From: a virus
Taxonomy: Duplodnaviria > Caudoviricetes
DNA: 42,748 bases
IMG/VR virus record: IMGVR_UViG_3300025270_001268
Span: 1-42,748 of that record
Direction: 5' to 3' (one strand)
Shown here piece by piece: positions 1 to 7,945 of the stretch. The translations under genes and the position numbers were made by a program. The first letter of the stretch is position 1, and every line of letters starts with the position of its first letter. The notes beneath the pieces are model-generated. The model made no database searches, was not told the origin of the DNA, and worked only from the letters and a program-made list of their open reading frames with translations.

Positions 1-119
1 ATGGAGTTAATCACGGCCTCGTACAAGCCGAATGGCACAAGGTTGGTTCGCTCCATTTCAATCGGACCATCCTGGGCCAAGTCTAGTTCGCCGAATGGGT
101 TGTCATTATGCCTTTGCAT
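1..119 (-). CDS. 5' part of a gene running off the left window edge (MQRHNDNPFGELDLAQDGPIEM...), possibly the N-terminus of the M28-like peptidase at the right edge
   Basis: ATG at 119 with GAGGAG RBS just upstream; open frame to position 1; not in the ORF track. Confidence 0.55.
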   Translation of the reverse strand, partial: MQRHNDNPFGELDLAQDGPIEMERTNLVPFGLYEAVINS

Positions 120-522
120 TTTGTCTCCTCGTTTTGCGGTATTGGTCGTCATAGGTCATGTGGTGGTCGCCCACCTTTTCGCCGTTGGTATGTCTGCCAC
201 CTTTGTAGCTGATAACCGGGACTGGCTCCGAGTCTGGGAAGTAGTCCGACCCACAATGGACGCAAGCCAGATACGACCCGTAGTGGTCACTCTTGTGGAC
301 GAGAGCGTTGACGGCCTGGCAATGTGTGCATACGCCATCGGTTGGCATGGGAGCCACCCTAGCGCAGTAGTTTGCCGGGTTGGCCTTTTCATCCTCATAT
401 AGGTCAGCGATTCGGGCCGCTTCCCAGATAGCGTGTTGCGCTCTTAGGGCTTTGGCGTTTGGTGGATTCAACTTTGCCGCCCTAGCTTTGGCTAGTCGGT
501 TAAGTCTCCATTCAGTGGTCAT
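106..522 (-). CDS. Hypothetical early protein with Zn-ribbon motifs
   Basis: 138 aa; CTHC and CVHC pairs; purine-rich RBS (AAAGGGGG) upstream. Confidence 0.75.
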   Translation of the reverse strand: MTTEWRLNRLAKARAAKLNPPNAKALRAQHAIWEAARIADLYEDEKANPANYCARVAPMPTDGVCTHCQAVNALVHKSDHYGSYLACVHCGSDYFPDSEPVPVISYKGGRHTNGEKVGDHHMTYDDQYRKTRRQNAKA

Positions 523-548
523 TGCGGTTCCCCCTTTTAATAGAGAAT

Positions 549-583
549 TGCCGCCGTAAGTGTAGGTAAAACTTACAGCGGCA
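549..583 (-). other. Intergenic RNA hairpin
   Basis: 13-bp stem TGCCGCTGTAAGT/ACTTACGGCGGCA; the single DNA mismatch is a G-U pair on the minus strand. Confidence 0.6.
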
Positions 584-655
584 GAGCGAGGAATTAGGGC
601 GTGGCGTCCAGGCGGAGAGGCTATGGGTGATGTGACCTGAACGCCTTGCCCCTCA

Positions 656-862
656 CTAGGCCAGGACTACGGTTGCCGACGCTTTGCCGGGAGCGGTGCG
701 TCCCGGTGTTACGTTCAAATGATAGGCAATCGAGTCAACTGTGAAAGACTTATCATCCGTCCATTTCACAGTGGAGCCGACCGTCGGGATGACCTTCATG
801 GTGCGCTTGACACTGCGCCGACCGTGGTTCCCGGACTTGGGTCTGATGAACTTTACTTGCAT
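656..862 (-). CDS. Small basic hypothetical early protein
   Basis: 68 aa; strong AAGGAGG RBS; downstream of a consensus promoter. Confidence 0.8.
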   Translation of the reverse strand: MQVKFIRPKSGNHGRRSVKRTMKVIPTVGSTVKWTDDKSFTVDSIAYHLNVTPGRTAPGKASATVVLA

Positions 863-995
863 GGCTTAACCTCCTTTGTAAGATTTGGTGCCGCTGGTGG
901 CTTTTGCATCCACGTTTCCCGGTTGAGAGCCGGGTGTCCTGACTTTTCGGTCTACCTTGCGGCTGGCTTACTTCTAGACGACAGCGGTATGACTC

Positions 996-1023
996 ATTAT
1001 AGGGATGCGCAACCCTACGTCAA
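996..1023 (-). promoter_or_regulatory. Sigma70-type early promoter with a palindromic operator-like spacer
   Basis: TTGACG-16 nt-TATAAT on the minus strand; near-perfect palindrome TAGGGATGCGCAACCCTA at 1000-1017. Confidence 0.75.
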
Positions 1024-1026
1024 CCC

Positions 1027-1365
1027 CTAGAAATAGGGCAATGGTGACCCGTCCTCAAATTTATATGCCAGCGGTATCGGTGGGTAGTCGGAGCCGACGC
1101 AAAGCTCTAGTTCCCGGTGTGGGCCGATTCGCCTTGCACCGCCCTGGGCGCGGCCTGCACCTCTCCCGTGATAACCAATGCTCCGATCTTGATCGTAGTG
1201 GTTCTCAAAGAGTTCTTCGCCTTCCCCTTCAAACAGGTATGTTGCCACCGTTGCTCGACAGTGGAAGCAGACCGCTCTCCCCCGGCCTCTCCTTGTGTAC
1301 CGGGTTTTCCTTATAACGAATGGCGTATGTTCATTTGGGCCTGTTGCCCAGTTGTACTTAGGCAT
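1027..1365 (-). CDS. Hypothetical early protein
   Basis: 112 aa; AAGGAGG RBS; CFHC motif. Confidence 0.75.
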   Translation of the reverse strand: MPKYNWATGPNEHTPFVIRKTRYTRRGRGRAVCFHCRATVATYLFEGEGEELFENHYDQDRSIGYHGRGAGRAQGGARRIGPHRELELCVGSDYPPIPLAYKFEDGSPLPYF

Positions 1366-1540
1366 CTCGTTCCTCCTTTGAGTTTGCTTGTCCTAGGGTA
1401 GCAACCACAGCGGCCAACCTCAACCCCAGAGCCGGGCCAGGAGTGTGCCAGTAGCGCCGGGTAGTGCGCTGAAAGCGCCGCGCCCGGAGGGGGCCATGGC
1501 ATGTCTACGCCAGCGGTACCCCATGTAGACGAGAGCGGGG

Positions 1541-1634
1541 TTCTCAAAATTCTGCCATACTGTGACAGTGGCACCTAATGACTTAAAAAATATCATTATT
1601 TATATATACTCACAGTATGTCACAAAATTGAGAA
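1541..1634. repeat. Inverted-repeat element 1: 25-bp arms flanking a 44-bp AT-rich spacer
   Basis: Arms 1541-1565 TTCTCAAAATTCTGCCATACTGTGA and 1610-1634 TCACAGTATGTCACAAAATTGAGAA (21/25 complementary); related element at 39276-39397. Confidence 0.85.
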
Positions 1635-1646
1635 GCACCTTGGGGG

Positions 1647-1675
1647 TTGCTATTGTTAGGACAAGCTGATACATT
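1647..1675 (+). promoter_or_regulatory. Sigma70-type promoter for the replication operon
   Basis: TTGCTA-17 nt-TACATT with a TGn extended -10. Confidence 0.6.
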
Positions 1676-1717
1676 CGTATGACCGAAAGCGGTAATCCCC
1701 AAATTTTAGGAGACGAT

Positions 1718-1810
1718 ATGAAGATACTGCATTGGTTACGACGTATATTCCGTAAGGACACAGCGACTGTACCTATTGAATACATTGGAGACACAGACTA
1801 TTTTGACTAA
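1718..1810 (+). CDS. 30-aa micro-protein (MKILHWLRRIFRKDTATVPIEYIGDTDYFD)
   Basis: AGGAG RBS; first ORF after the promoter; below ORF-track cutoff. Confidence 0.5.
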   Translation: MKILHWLRRIFRKDTATVPIEYIGDTDYFD

Positions 1811-1826
1811 CATATGGGTTGGAAAG

Positions 1827-2159
1827 ATGCGCGATGACCGAGACTACCGACATCCCTCGGTTGGTCGCGAGTGCGATGAGTGCAAGGTTCCCATCGACCC
1901 GAAGACACGCCGCTGTACCTTGTGTAATCGGTACCATCCATATACCTTCCTTGACTATGACAAGGACAGGTGCGAGCATTGTGGTTCTTACAATGTATCT
2001 ATGAACGAGTTCATGGAGTGGTACTGTGACGATTGTCAACTGTGGATTGAGTCCACGAATGAGGGCAATGGTGCTACCTTTGGTGACTGCCGTGAGTGTG
2101 GCAATGGGTTTGTCAAAGACCAGAGTGAAATCGAAGATGTTTGCTATTGGTGCACATGA
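1827..2159 (+). CDS. Multi-Zn-ribbon protein
   Basis: Multiple CxxC pairs (CDEC, CTLC, CEHC, CDDC, CREC, CYWC); ATG 1827 preferred over TTG 1776. Confidence 0.75.
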   Translation: MRDDRDYRHPSVGRECDECKVPIDPKTRRCTLCNRYHPYTFLDYDKDRCEHCGSYNVSMNEFMEWYCDDCQLWIESTNEGNGATFGDCRECGNGFVKDQSEIEDVCYWCT

Positions 2160-3348
2160 CGTGGTATACTCAATTGACACGGAGGAATTGTTGGACTGGA
2201 AATCTGTCGTAGAAGAAAATTTCGTGGAATGCAGCCCGGCAGTTGCGGCCTGCCTCTCCTGCAGCGCGGCCCTACTACTAGATGACGTCAGTGTATGTCC
2301 TGCCGTTGTCTTGGTAGGGCCGCCATCAACTGCAAAGACCACAGTGCTGGACTTCTTTAGTGTAGACGGACTCACGCATAAGCTTGATGCGTTCTCTGCT
2401 AAAGCAATGATCTCGCACTTTGCCGCCGCCAGTGAATCAGAGCTCGCTAAAAAAGTAGACATGTTGCCGCAGATTAAACATAAGATTGTTTTCGTGGCTG
2501 ACCTGTCGCCCATGTTTAGCAAGCGTGTTGATGACCTGATGGAAAATATCGGTATCCTTACCCGCGTCCTTGATGGGCAGGGGTATATCTCACATAGCGG
2601 TGTACACGGTCGACGGGGCGAGCATGGGGACTATCGCTTCGGGTTCATCGCGGCTACCACCCCCATTGGTGGACAGGTATGGAGAGTAATGAGCAGTCTA
2701 GGCCCACGATTGATGTTATTTGATATGCCGGTCCACCAAGAAACTTTAGCAGAACAGCGTGATGACATGGTAGGTGTCAGCACTTATGCAGACAAGGTAT
2801 CTGCTTGTCGTGACGTTGTAAGCACAGTACTTGCTAAGATATGGAATGACAATGGTGCCAAGGTAGGCGGTCTACACTGGGATCGTGCCGCTGACCCCGA
2901 GCCGATACTAGACTACATCATTCGCCTGGCTGAGCTTGGTGTTGTACTGCGGTCAGTAGTAGCAAAGGAGAAGGTCATTACCGGGACTGAGTATGAGTAC
3001 AGCCCTGCTGTATTGGAAGGCCCGGCTCGGTATAGACAGTCACTTTACAACCTGGCTCGTGGGCATGCGTTGATTAACGGTAGACGCACTCTTGCAATGG
3101 AAGACCTTGCGTTGCCCCTGAGGATTGTCCTGTCTACTGGCCCGGTTGAGCGTCTGCGGTTGTTGCGTCACTTTATTACAGGTGGTACTATCAATAGTAC
3201 GAATCAGGCTGGTGGTATTATTGGACACGCCTGGTCTACAGCAGAGTCGGTGATGAAGCAGATGCTGCAACTTGGATTAATCAGGCATGGTAGTGAATAC
3301 TACTACCTGGATAGTAAGTACGAGTGGATAAAGGATTTACGTGTATAG
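2137..3348 (+). CDS. AAA+ ATPase, MCM-like putative replicative helicase/initiator with C-terminal winged helix
   Basis: Walker A GPPSTAKT; Walker B-like VFVADL; sensor-1-like FIAATTP; Arg-finger-like LGPRL; C-terminal helix-GLIR-YYL pattern; likely start ATG 2137. Confidence 0.65.
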   Translation: MFAIGAHDVVYSIDTEELLDWKSVVEENFVECSPAVAACLSCSAALLLDDVSVCPAVVLVGPPSTAKTTVLDFFSVDGLTHKLDAFSAKAMISHFAAASESELAKKVDMLPQIKHKIVFVADLSPMFSKRVDDLMENIGILTRVLDGQGYISHSGVHGRRGEHGDYRFGFIAATTPIGGQVWRVMSSLGPRLMLFDMPVHQETLAEQRDDMVGVSTYADKVSACRDVVSTVLAKIWNDNGAKVGGLHWDRAADPEPILDYIIRLAELGVVLRSVVAKEKVITGTEYEYSPAVLEGPARYRQSLYNLARGHALINGRRTLAMEDLALPLRIVLSTGPVERLRLLRHFITGGTINSTNQAGGIIGHAWSTAESVMKQMLQLGLIRHGSEYYYLDSKYEWIKDLRV

Positions 3349-4054
3349 TGTACAAGAGGGCTCTTTCTATTATGATGATATACTCTTGGGTGATGCGGAT
3401 GCAATTTACGTCGATAGCAAACAGAGCGATATGTTCAAATTTGTTAAACGCGGCTTGTATCCCTCCGAGTGGCCTCGCCTTGTTATTAAGCAGTTACCCG
3501 TTGGTGACTATCTCTTTGTGACCCCCGATGGCCTGACGGTGGGCATAGAGAGTAAAACTGCTGGTGACTTCCAGACGAGTAAGAATAGGCAGAGGCTACA
3601 GAGGCAGTCACGCGATCTGTTATCATCAGTAGATATTGCCATGTGGGGGCTGCTACTGCTCCCAGGTGAGGAGTGGAGTACTCCCTGCCTTACGGATCTG
3701 GTCAAATGGCAGGCGATGGGCGGCTCCATTCAGATCTTGCCTTGGGATGTATGGCAGACAGCGCAGGTTCTTGTAGAGTTGCGTATCATCATGCAACCGG
3801 GCACTCATTTAAGGAGTATCCTTAGAGGTGATGACTGGCAGAGGCCAGAGGATGTGGTGGAGTTATCCCCCTGTGCTACTGCCCTGCGTCGAATGTTCAC
3901 TGGTGTTGGTGTCAGGATAGCAATGCTACTTGACAACAAGTATGAGGGTGATATAATTAAGGCACTTAGCGCTCCTGATGACGAGTGGCGCGAGGTTAAA
4001 CGAATGAGTAAAACTATCTTAGATCAGAAGAGGAAGTTATGGAACAAGACGTAG
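3341..4054 (+). CDS. ERCC4/XPF-family structure-specific endonuclease with C-terminal HhH
   Basis: IYVDSKQ, LPVGDY...GIESKTAGDF (GDXnERKX3D variant), RLQRQ, and GVG HhH motif. Confidence 0.8.
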   Translation: MYSVQEGSFYYDDILLGDADAIYVDSKQSDMFKFVKRGLYPSEWPRLVIKQLPVGDYLFVTPDGLTVGIESKTAGDFQTSKNRQRLQRQSRDLLSSVDIAMWGLLLLPGEEWSTPCLTDLVKWQAMGGSIQILPWDVWQTAQVLVELRIIMQPGTHLRSILRGDDWQRPEDVVELSPCATALRRMFTGVGVRIAMLLDNKYEGDIIKALSAPDDEWREVKRMSKTILDQKRKLWNKT

Positions 4055-4227
4055 ACATTGCTCACATGCAGGTGAGTACCTGCCCTCAGTGTGGGGCACC
4101 CATTTATATTAAGGTGGCTAGCTCGTCAGATCTAACGCCCTGGCAACAGGATGTGCCTCCTGCACCGGAGTATTCCTGCGAATGCAAGAGCGTACAAGGG
4201 CATACATGGGTGAAGCACAATGGCTAA
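4039..4227 (+). CDS. Small Zn-binding protein
   Basis: CPQCGAP and CEC motifs; overlaps neighbours in the operon. Confidence 0.65.
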   Translation: MEQDVDIAHMQVSTCPQCGAPIYIKVASSSDLTPWQQDVPPAPEYSCECKSVQGHTWVKHNG

Positions 4228-4417
4228 TTGTGTTTGCGCCGCGTGTAAGCGTATCATGGATTGCACAGGTGAAGAGGTGTGTGTGCTGTGCGAAGTCATC
4301 TTAGAGAATGAGCGAGAGCGCACCAATCAGCTAATAGACCGGCTGATAAAGCCCAAGGATGATCCGTTCTATCGGAACCTTAAGACCCCCGATGAAGTGT
4401 GGGACACGCAACCGTAA
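4220..4417 (+). CDS. Small Cys-rich protein
   Basis: CAAC and CVLC; operon context. Confidence 0.6.
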   Translation: MANCVCAACKRIMDCTGEEVCVLCEVILENERERTNQLIDRLIKPKDDPFYRNLKTPDEVWDTQP

Positions 4418-4429
4418 CCCCGAATTTTT

Positions 4430-4474
4430 ATTCAAAAAGTATATAGCCGATTCAAAAGGTACAAAACTTTTGAA
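4430..4474. promoter_or_regulatory. AT-rich intergenic site with direct and inverted repeats
   Basis: ATTCAAAARGTA at 4430 and 4450; TTCAAAAG-8 nt-CTTTTGAA at 4451-4474. Confidence 0.45.
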
Positions 4475-4489
4475 AACTGTAGGAGAATC

Positions 4490-5365
4490 ATGCCGGACGT
4501 ATGGATGACAGAGCTTAAAGATTTCACGGACTGCCCGCAGAAGTGGTCGGCTAAGTGGAAGCGACGACTTCGTGACAAGGATCGAAAGGATGCCGCCATG
4601 CCTCTCAAGTTAGGCACGAGTATCCATTCAGGACTAGAGCACGGTATGATTTCTGGTGACTGGGATGGTGTCTTGAATGCGGCAATGGATAAAGCCTACG
4701 AGCAGGGGATTGATGATGCTGATGAGATCGAGAAGGTCTCTGCCGCTATCAACTGCATCCCTGATTGGTTAAAGGAGGTGAAGAACCCACACGCTGAGCA
4801 GGAGCTAAGACTAGAGGTCACTTCGCCCGAGCATCTGATGCTGACCCGACCATACCTGGCGGGTAAACCTGACCTGTGGTGGATCGATGACACTGGGGCG
4901 CATGTCCTGGAGCTCAAGACCACTGCTGACCATGCCAAGAACCGTCTCCGGACACTAACGGACTATGATATGCAGTTGCGTGGCTATGCAACGCTCTTGT
5001 ATATGATTTCCAGGATTGATCCGGAGTACCTTGAGGAGTGGCCTCGCGGGTTGCCTGTCAACTACCAGTACCTAGTGCTGAGTTGGCGGGGACAGGTTGG
5101 GGAGAGTGGGTGGATGGAGCTTGGCCCGGCGCAAGCTGAAGCTATCTGGGATCACATGTGTCAGCAGGTGGCCGCGATGACGGTGCTATCTACGATAGGT
5201 GTGACGCCCATGAATCGAGGCGCGATGTGCAAGTTTTGTATCTACGATCCAGTTTGCACAACTCTATTGACAGGGGGTGATATAGCCGATATAATAGACG
5301 CTAAGTATCGAGTCAGTCAACACAGACAGGAGAAGATAGAGAGTAATGACACCACAGAGGTATAA
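4490..5365 (+). CDS. PD-(D/E)XK exonuclease, Cas4/RecB-like with 4-Cys cluster
   Basis: DCP...GTSIH...GKPDL...ELKT...QLRGY...CKFCIYDPVC. Confidence 0.85.
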   Translation: MPDVWMTELKDFTDCPQKWSAKWKRRLRDKDRKDAAMPLKLGTSIHSGLEHGMISGDWDGVLNAAMDKAYEQGIDDADEIEKVSAAINCIPDWLKEVKNPHAEQELRLEVTSPEHLMLTRPYLAGKPDLWWIDDTGAHVLELKTTADHAKNRLRTLTDYDMQLRGYATLLYMISRIDPEYLEEWPRGLPVNYQYLVLSWRGQVGESGWMELGPAQAEAIWDHMCQQVAAMTVLSTIGVTPMNRGAMCKFCIYDPVCTTLLTGGDIADIIDAKYRVSQHRQEKIESNDTTEV

Positions 5366-6155
5366 CCTATACGGGCAAGGGGGTTCGGGCAAGTCATACA
5401 TTGGCACCAGTGCCATCGTTGATCACGCAACGGATGAATTGCTAGCTCCCAAAGGTCTTTGGATTCAGATAGGACAGGAGAGAAACCCTAACCTTCATGT
5501 TCCTGAGGCCAACATCAAGCGGTTCAACGTGGACGTACTTCAGCCACATGCCTGCATCACTGGGGTAATAGAGTTCCTCAAGGGCTTGCAGGTAGCGGCG
5601 GCTAAAGGTCAGGTTGCTGATGTAATCTTCTTCGATGGGTATACCGAGTTAGATATTCTCATCGGGTACGTCCATGATATGCAGCCATTGGAGAATGATA
5701 AGTGGAGCGAGTGGAGGTATCGCAAGACTATCATGACTGCAGTGACGCAGATCCTTGACTCTGCAGTGCTCGGCTGTGATATAATCACTACTGCCCGAGT
5801 GGCACAACTTAAGAAGGGGGTGACCGACAGGCGAACCGGCGAAACTACAGGTGCTGACCCTGACTTTGTCAATAGCAGGTACTTCCCACAAATGGATGGT
5901 TGGATGAGGTACAACTTACCTAGCTACCACGACTGGTGCTTCTACCTTGAGTCAGAGGACAGTATCAACGGTGCCATCCACCGGATGCACTTAGTGCAGG
6001 ACGGAGACTTCTTCATCAAGAATGGGTTGTCTCACAGGTGGAAGAAACCACTGCCTCATCACTTGGACAACGTATCGTTTGATCAGGTGAAACAGGTACT
6101 AGATCATGCAAGCAAACCAATACAAGAAAAAGAAAAAGAAGGAGTCAGTAAATGA
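5346..6155 (+). CDS. P-loop ATPase, Sak4/AAA_24-like recombination protein
   Basis: Walker A YGQGGSGKS; Walker B IFFDGYTE; nuclease-ATPase-SSB synteny. Confidence 0.75.
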   Translation: MTPQRYNLYGQGGSGKSYIGTSAIVDHATDELLAPKGLWIQIGQERNPNLHVPEANIKRFNVDVLQPHACITGVIEFLKGLQVAAAKGQVADVIFFDGYTELDILIGYVHDMQPLENDKWSEWRYRKTIMTAVTQILDSAVLGCDIITTARVAQLKKGVTDRRTGETTGADPDFVNSRYFPQMDGWMRYNLPSYHDWCFYLESEDSINGAIHRMHLVQDGDFFIKNGLSHRWKKPLPHHLDNVSFDQVKQVLDHASKPIQEKEKEGVSK

Positions 6156-6736
6156 CTACAGCCCCTAGCAGGCAAGTATTAGATCAGATCGCTGAGATGG
6201 AGAAGCAGTACGGAGTCAGTAGCTACGAAGCTCCGGTTGGTACCCATCACGTTGTCTTCGACGACAACACTGGCGTTCAGGATCAAGGCGAGACACCCCG
6301 GTTCCGAATGGAAATGAAGATCATCTGTGGCCCGCACAAGGATCAAAAGATGAACTCCTTCCAAGGGTACTTCGCTAGTAGCAATGGTGACCGCACCCGA
6401 CCGATTGAAGATCGTCGTAAAGGCGCTCGTAGCTACCTAGTCAGGCAGATTGGAGACATAGCTCGTGGTCTGACTGATAACGCAGAGGTCATGCAAGCCT
6501 GGGGTCAGCTTCCCATTGATAACAATGAGGAAGACCAGCAGACCCTACTTGCCGCGACCAATGCAATGGCAGACCTAGGTGAAGCCCTCACTGGACAACA
6601 GATCTATGTGAAGGCTAGCAACACAGACAATGGCCCCAACTTTAAGTTTGTTAAGACTGGTGACAAGTCTGCGTCGTGTGAGTGCACACACGCAGGTCAG
6701 GCACTGGACTTCTTGAACGACGAGAAGGGTAGCTAA
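6152..6736 (+). CDS. Putative ssDNA-binding protein
   Basis: Position after the Sak4-like ATPase; predicted beta-rich; acidic C-terminus. Confidence 0.5.
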   Translation: MTTAPSRQVLDQIAEMEKQYGVSSYEAPVGTHHVVFDDNTGVQDQGETPRFRMEMKIICGPHKDQKMNSFQGYFASSNGDRTRPIEDRRKGARSYLVRQIGDIARGLTDNAEVMQAWGQLPIDNNEEDQQTLLAATNAMADLGEALTGQQIYVKASNTDNGPNFKFVKTGDKSASCECTHAGQALDFLNDEKGS

Positions 6737-6737
6737 C

Positions 6738-6845
6738 ATGTGGGTGTTCGGGGTAGTAGTGCTTGTAGTGTTTATACTTCTTATAGCATCGCTACCCCGT
6801 CCACCTGACCCGCCAACACGTTGGCCTGATATTGGAGGACTGTAA
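6738..6845 (+). CDS. 35-aa single-TM membrane peptide
   Basis: MWVFGVVVLVVFILLIASLPRPPDPP...; fills the gap between two genes exactly. Confidence 0.6.
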   Translation: MWVFGVVVLVVFILLIASLPRPPDPPTRWPDIGGL

Positions 6846-7508
6846 ATGGTACGAGGATTACATTCAATAATAGTTGAATCAATTTGGGAAGACTACGCCC
6901 CAAGAATAGGAGCAATAGATGCAGTTGAAGCCACGGAGACTGAGAAGGAAGTTAAGGGTAACCCTGGCAAGATTGATCCGAAAACTTTATACGTTGGCCC
7001 CCTACTCGATGGGTGGGTAGAGTTCATGCCCGAACTGTCACGACTTGTTCGACGCAGTGATACCGACAACCCCCTGCCTGACCGTCATCGAATGAAGCGT
7101 CTAGTCATGGACATAGTTGACCCCGCGACTCATCGTCGTGCATCATCTGGTCGTGGTCAGGACATTGCAGGCTTTGGATTTGCTGCTGTTGAATTTAAAC
7201 GGGGAGACAGGTGGGTCAGACTTGGGCCAGCACTCATGCAGGCAGAGCCTGGTGCGATACTCAACAGTGTCATTGTAGAGCTTGACCCTGAGACACAAGA
7301 GCCAAGAATGGTTGAGCCTGTTCGTAGTAGTGACAGCGCGGTGGTACTATCCACACCTAAGATCAGGCGAGACCTGGTGAATAACCTGCACTACATGATG
7401 TCAGGTGATGAGTGGCGTATACAATTTGAAGCACTGGGACGCAAGCGTACTATGCTTTTCAACCTGCGCGAGAAGTCAGAGGGAAGTAGTTTAGTGGATG
7501 CGATCTAA
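6846..7508 (+). CDS. Hypothetical protein
   Basis: 220-aa ORF; GGAGG RBS; TAATG coupling to next gene. Confidence 0.8.
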   Translation: MVRGLHSIIVESIWEDYAPRIGAIDAVEATETEKEVKGNPGKIDPKTLYVGPLLDGWVEFMPELSRLVRRSDTDNPLPDRHRMKRLVMDIVDPATHRRASSGRGQDIAGFGFAAVEFKRGDRWVRLGPALMQAEPGAILNSVIVELDPETQEPRMVEPVRSSDSAVVLSTPKIRRDLVNNLHYMMSGDEWRIQFEALGRKRTMLFNLREKSEGSSLVDAI

Positions 7509-7945
7509 TGAAAATTACAACCATCGAGAGCCGGGCAAAGAAGATCGTCAAGGAGTGGAGTCCACGACTTGGACTAGAGAAGTGGGACATTGTTATTAGA
7601 GCTACTGATTCTAAGTCGCTTACAAGGGATGCTCACATGTCCAACGTTGCTGGAGCTATTGTCCCTCTTGGATGCTGTCATGCCTCAGCGGTGGACATGT
7701 CTGCTGTAATCTTATTAAACGCAGAGGCTGACTGGAGTATGAAGCTTGACGTCTGGCAGTCCTTGCCAGTTACTGTGGTGCACGAGTTGCTTCACGCATT
7801 CTTTGAGTCCACTGGTGTCAATGGTGCCATCGAAATGGTTGCCGCCAATGAGTCTCAAGACCGTGACTTCTCTCATGGTATCTGGATGGGACTTCATCCA
7901 TCGATTGAACGGATCGCTCAGGCGATGTTGCTAGGCCAGAAATGA
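7508..7945 (+). CDS. Zincin-like metallopeptidase domain protein
   Basis: HExxH motif (VVHELLH). Confidence 0.65.
   Translation: MKITTIESRAKKIVKEWSPRLGLEKWDIVIRATDSKSLTRDAHMSNVAGAIVPLGCCHASAVDMSAVILLNAEADWSMKLDVWQSLPVTVVHELLHAFFESTGVNGAIEMVAANESQDRDFSHGIWMGLHPSIERIAQAMLLGQK

Noticed and set aside
1-402. Plus-strand 133-aa ORF and other antisense ORFs (e.g. 1773-2522, 17677-18342, 22396-23034)
   Set aside because: Shadow frames opposite well-supported genes; no RBS or motifs
890-960. c-di-GMP-I riboswitch (GGATGCAAAAGCCAC resembles GGACGCAAAGCC) or hammerhead ribozyme
   Set aside because: The downstream P3 stem and upstream GGCAAA are missing, and there is no CUGANGA core; kept only as an unclassified structured leader
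1541-1634. Classical protelomerase telRL site or MITE
   Set aside because: Arms are separated by 44-72 bp rather than forming a continuous palindrome; no transposase or target-site duplication seen
4490-5365. Cas4-like gene as evidence of CRISPR-Cas
   Set aside because: No repeat-spacer array or other cas genes seen; nuclease-ATPase-SSB is a standard phage recombination cassette
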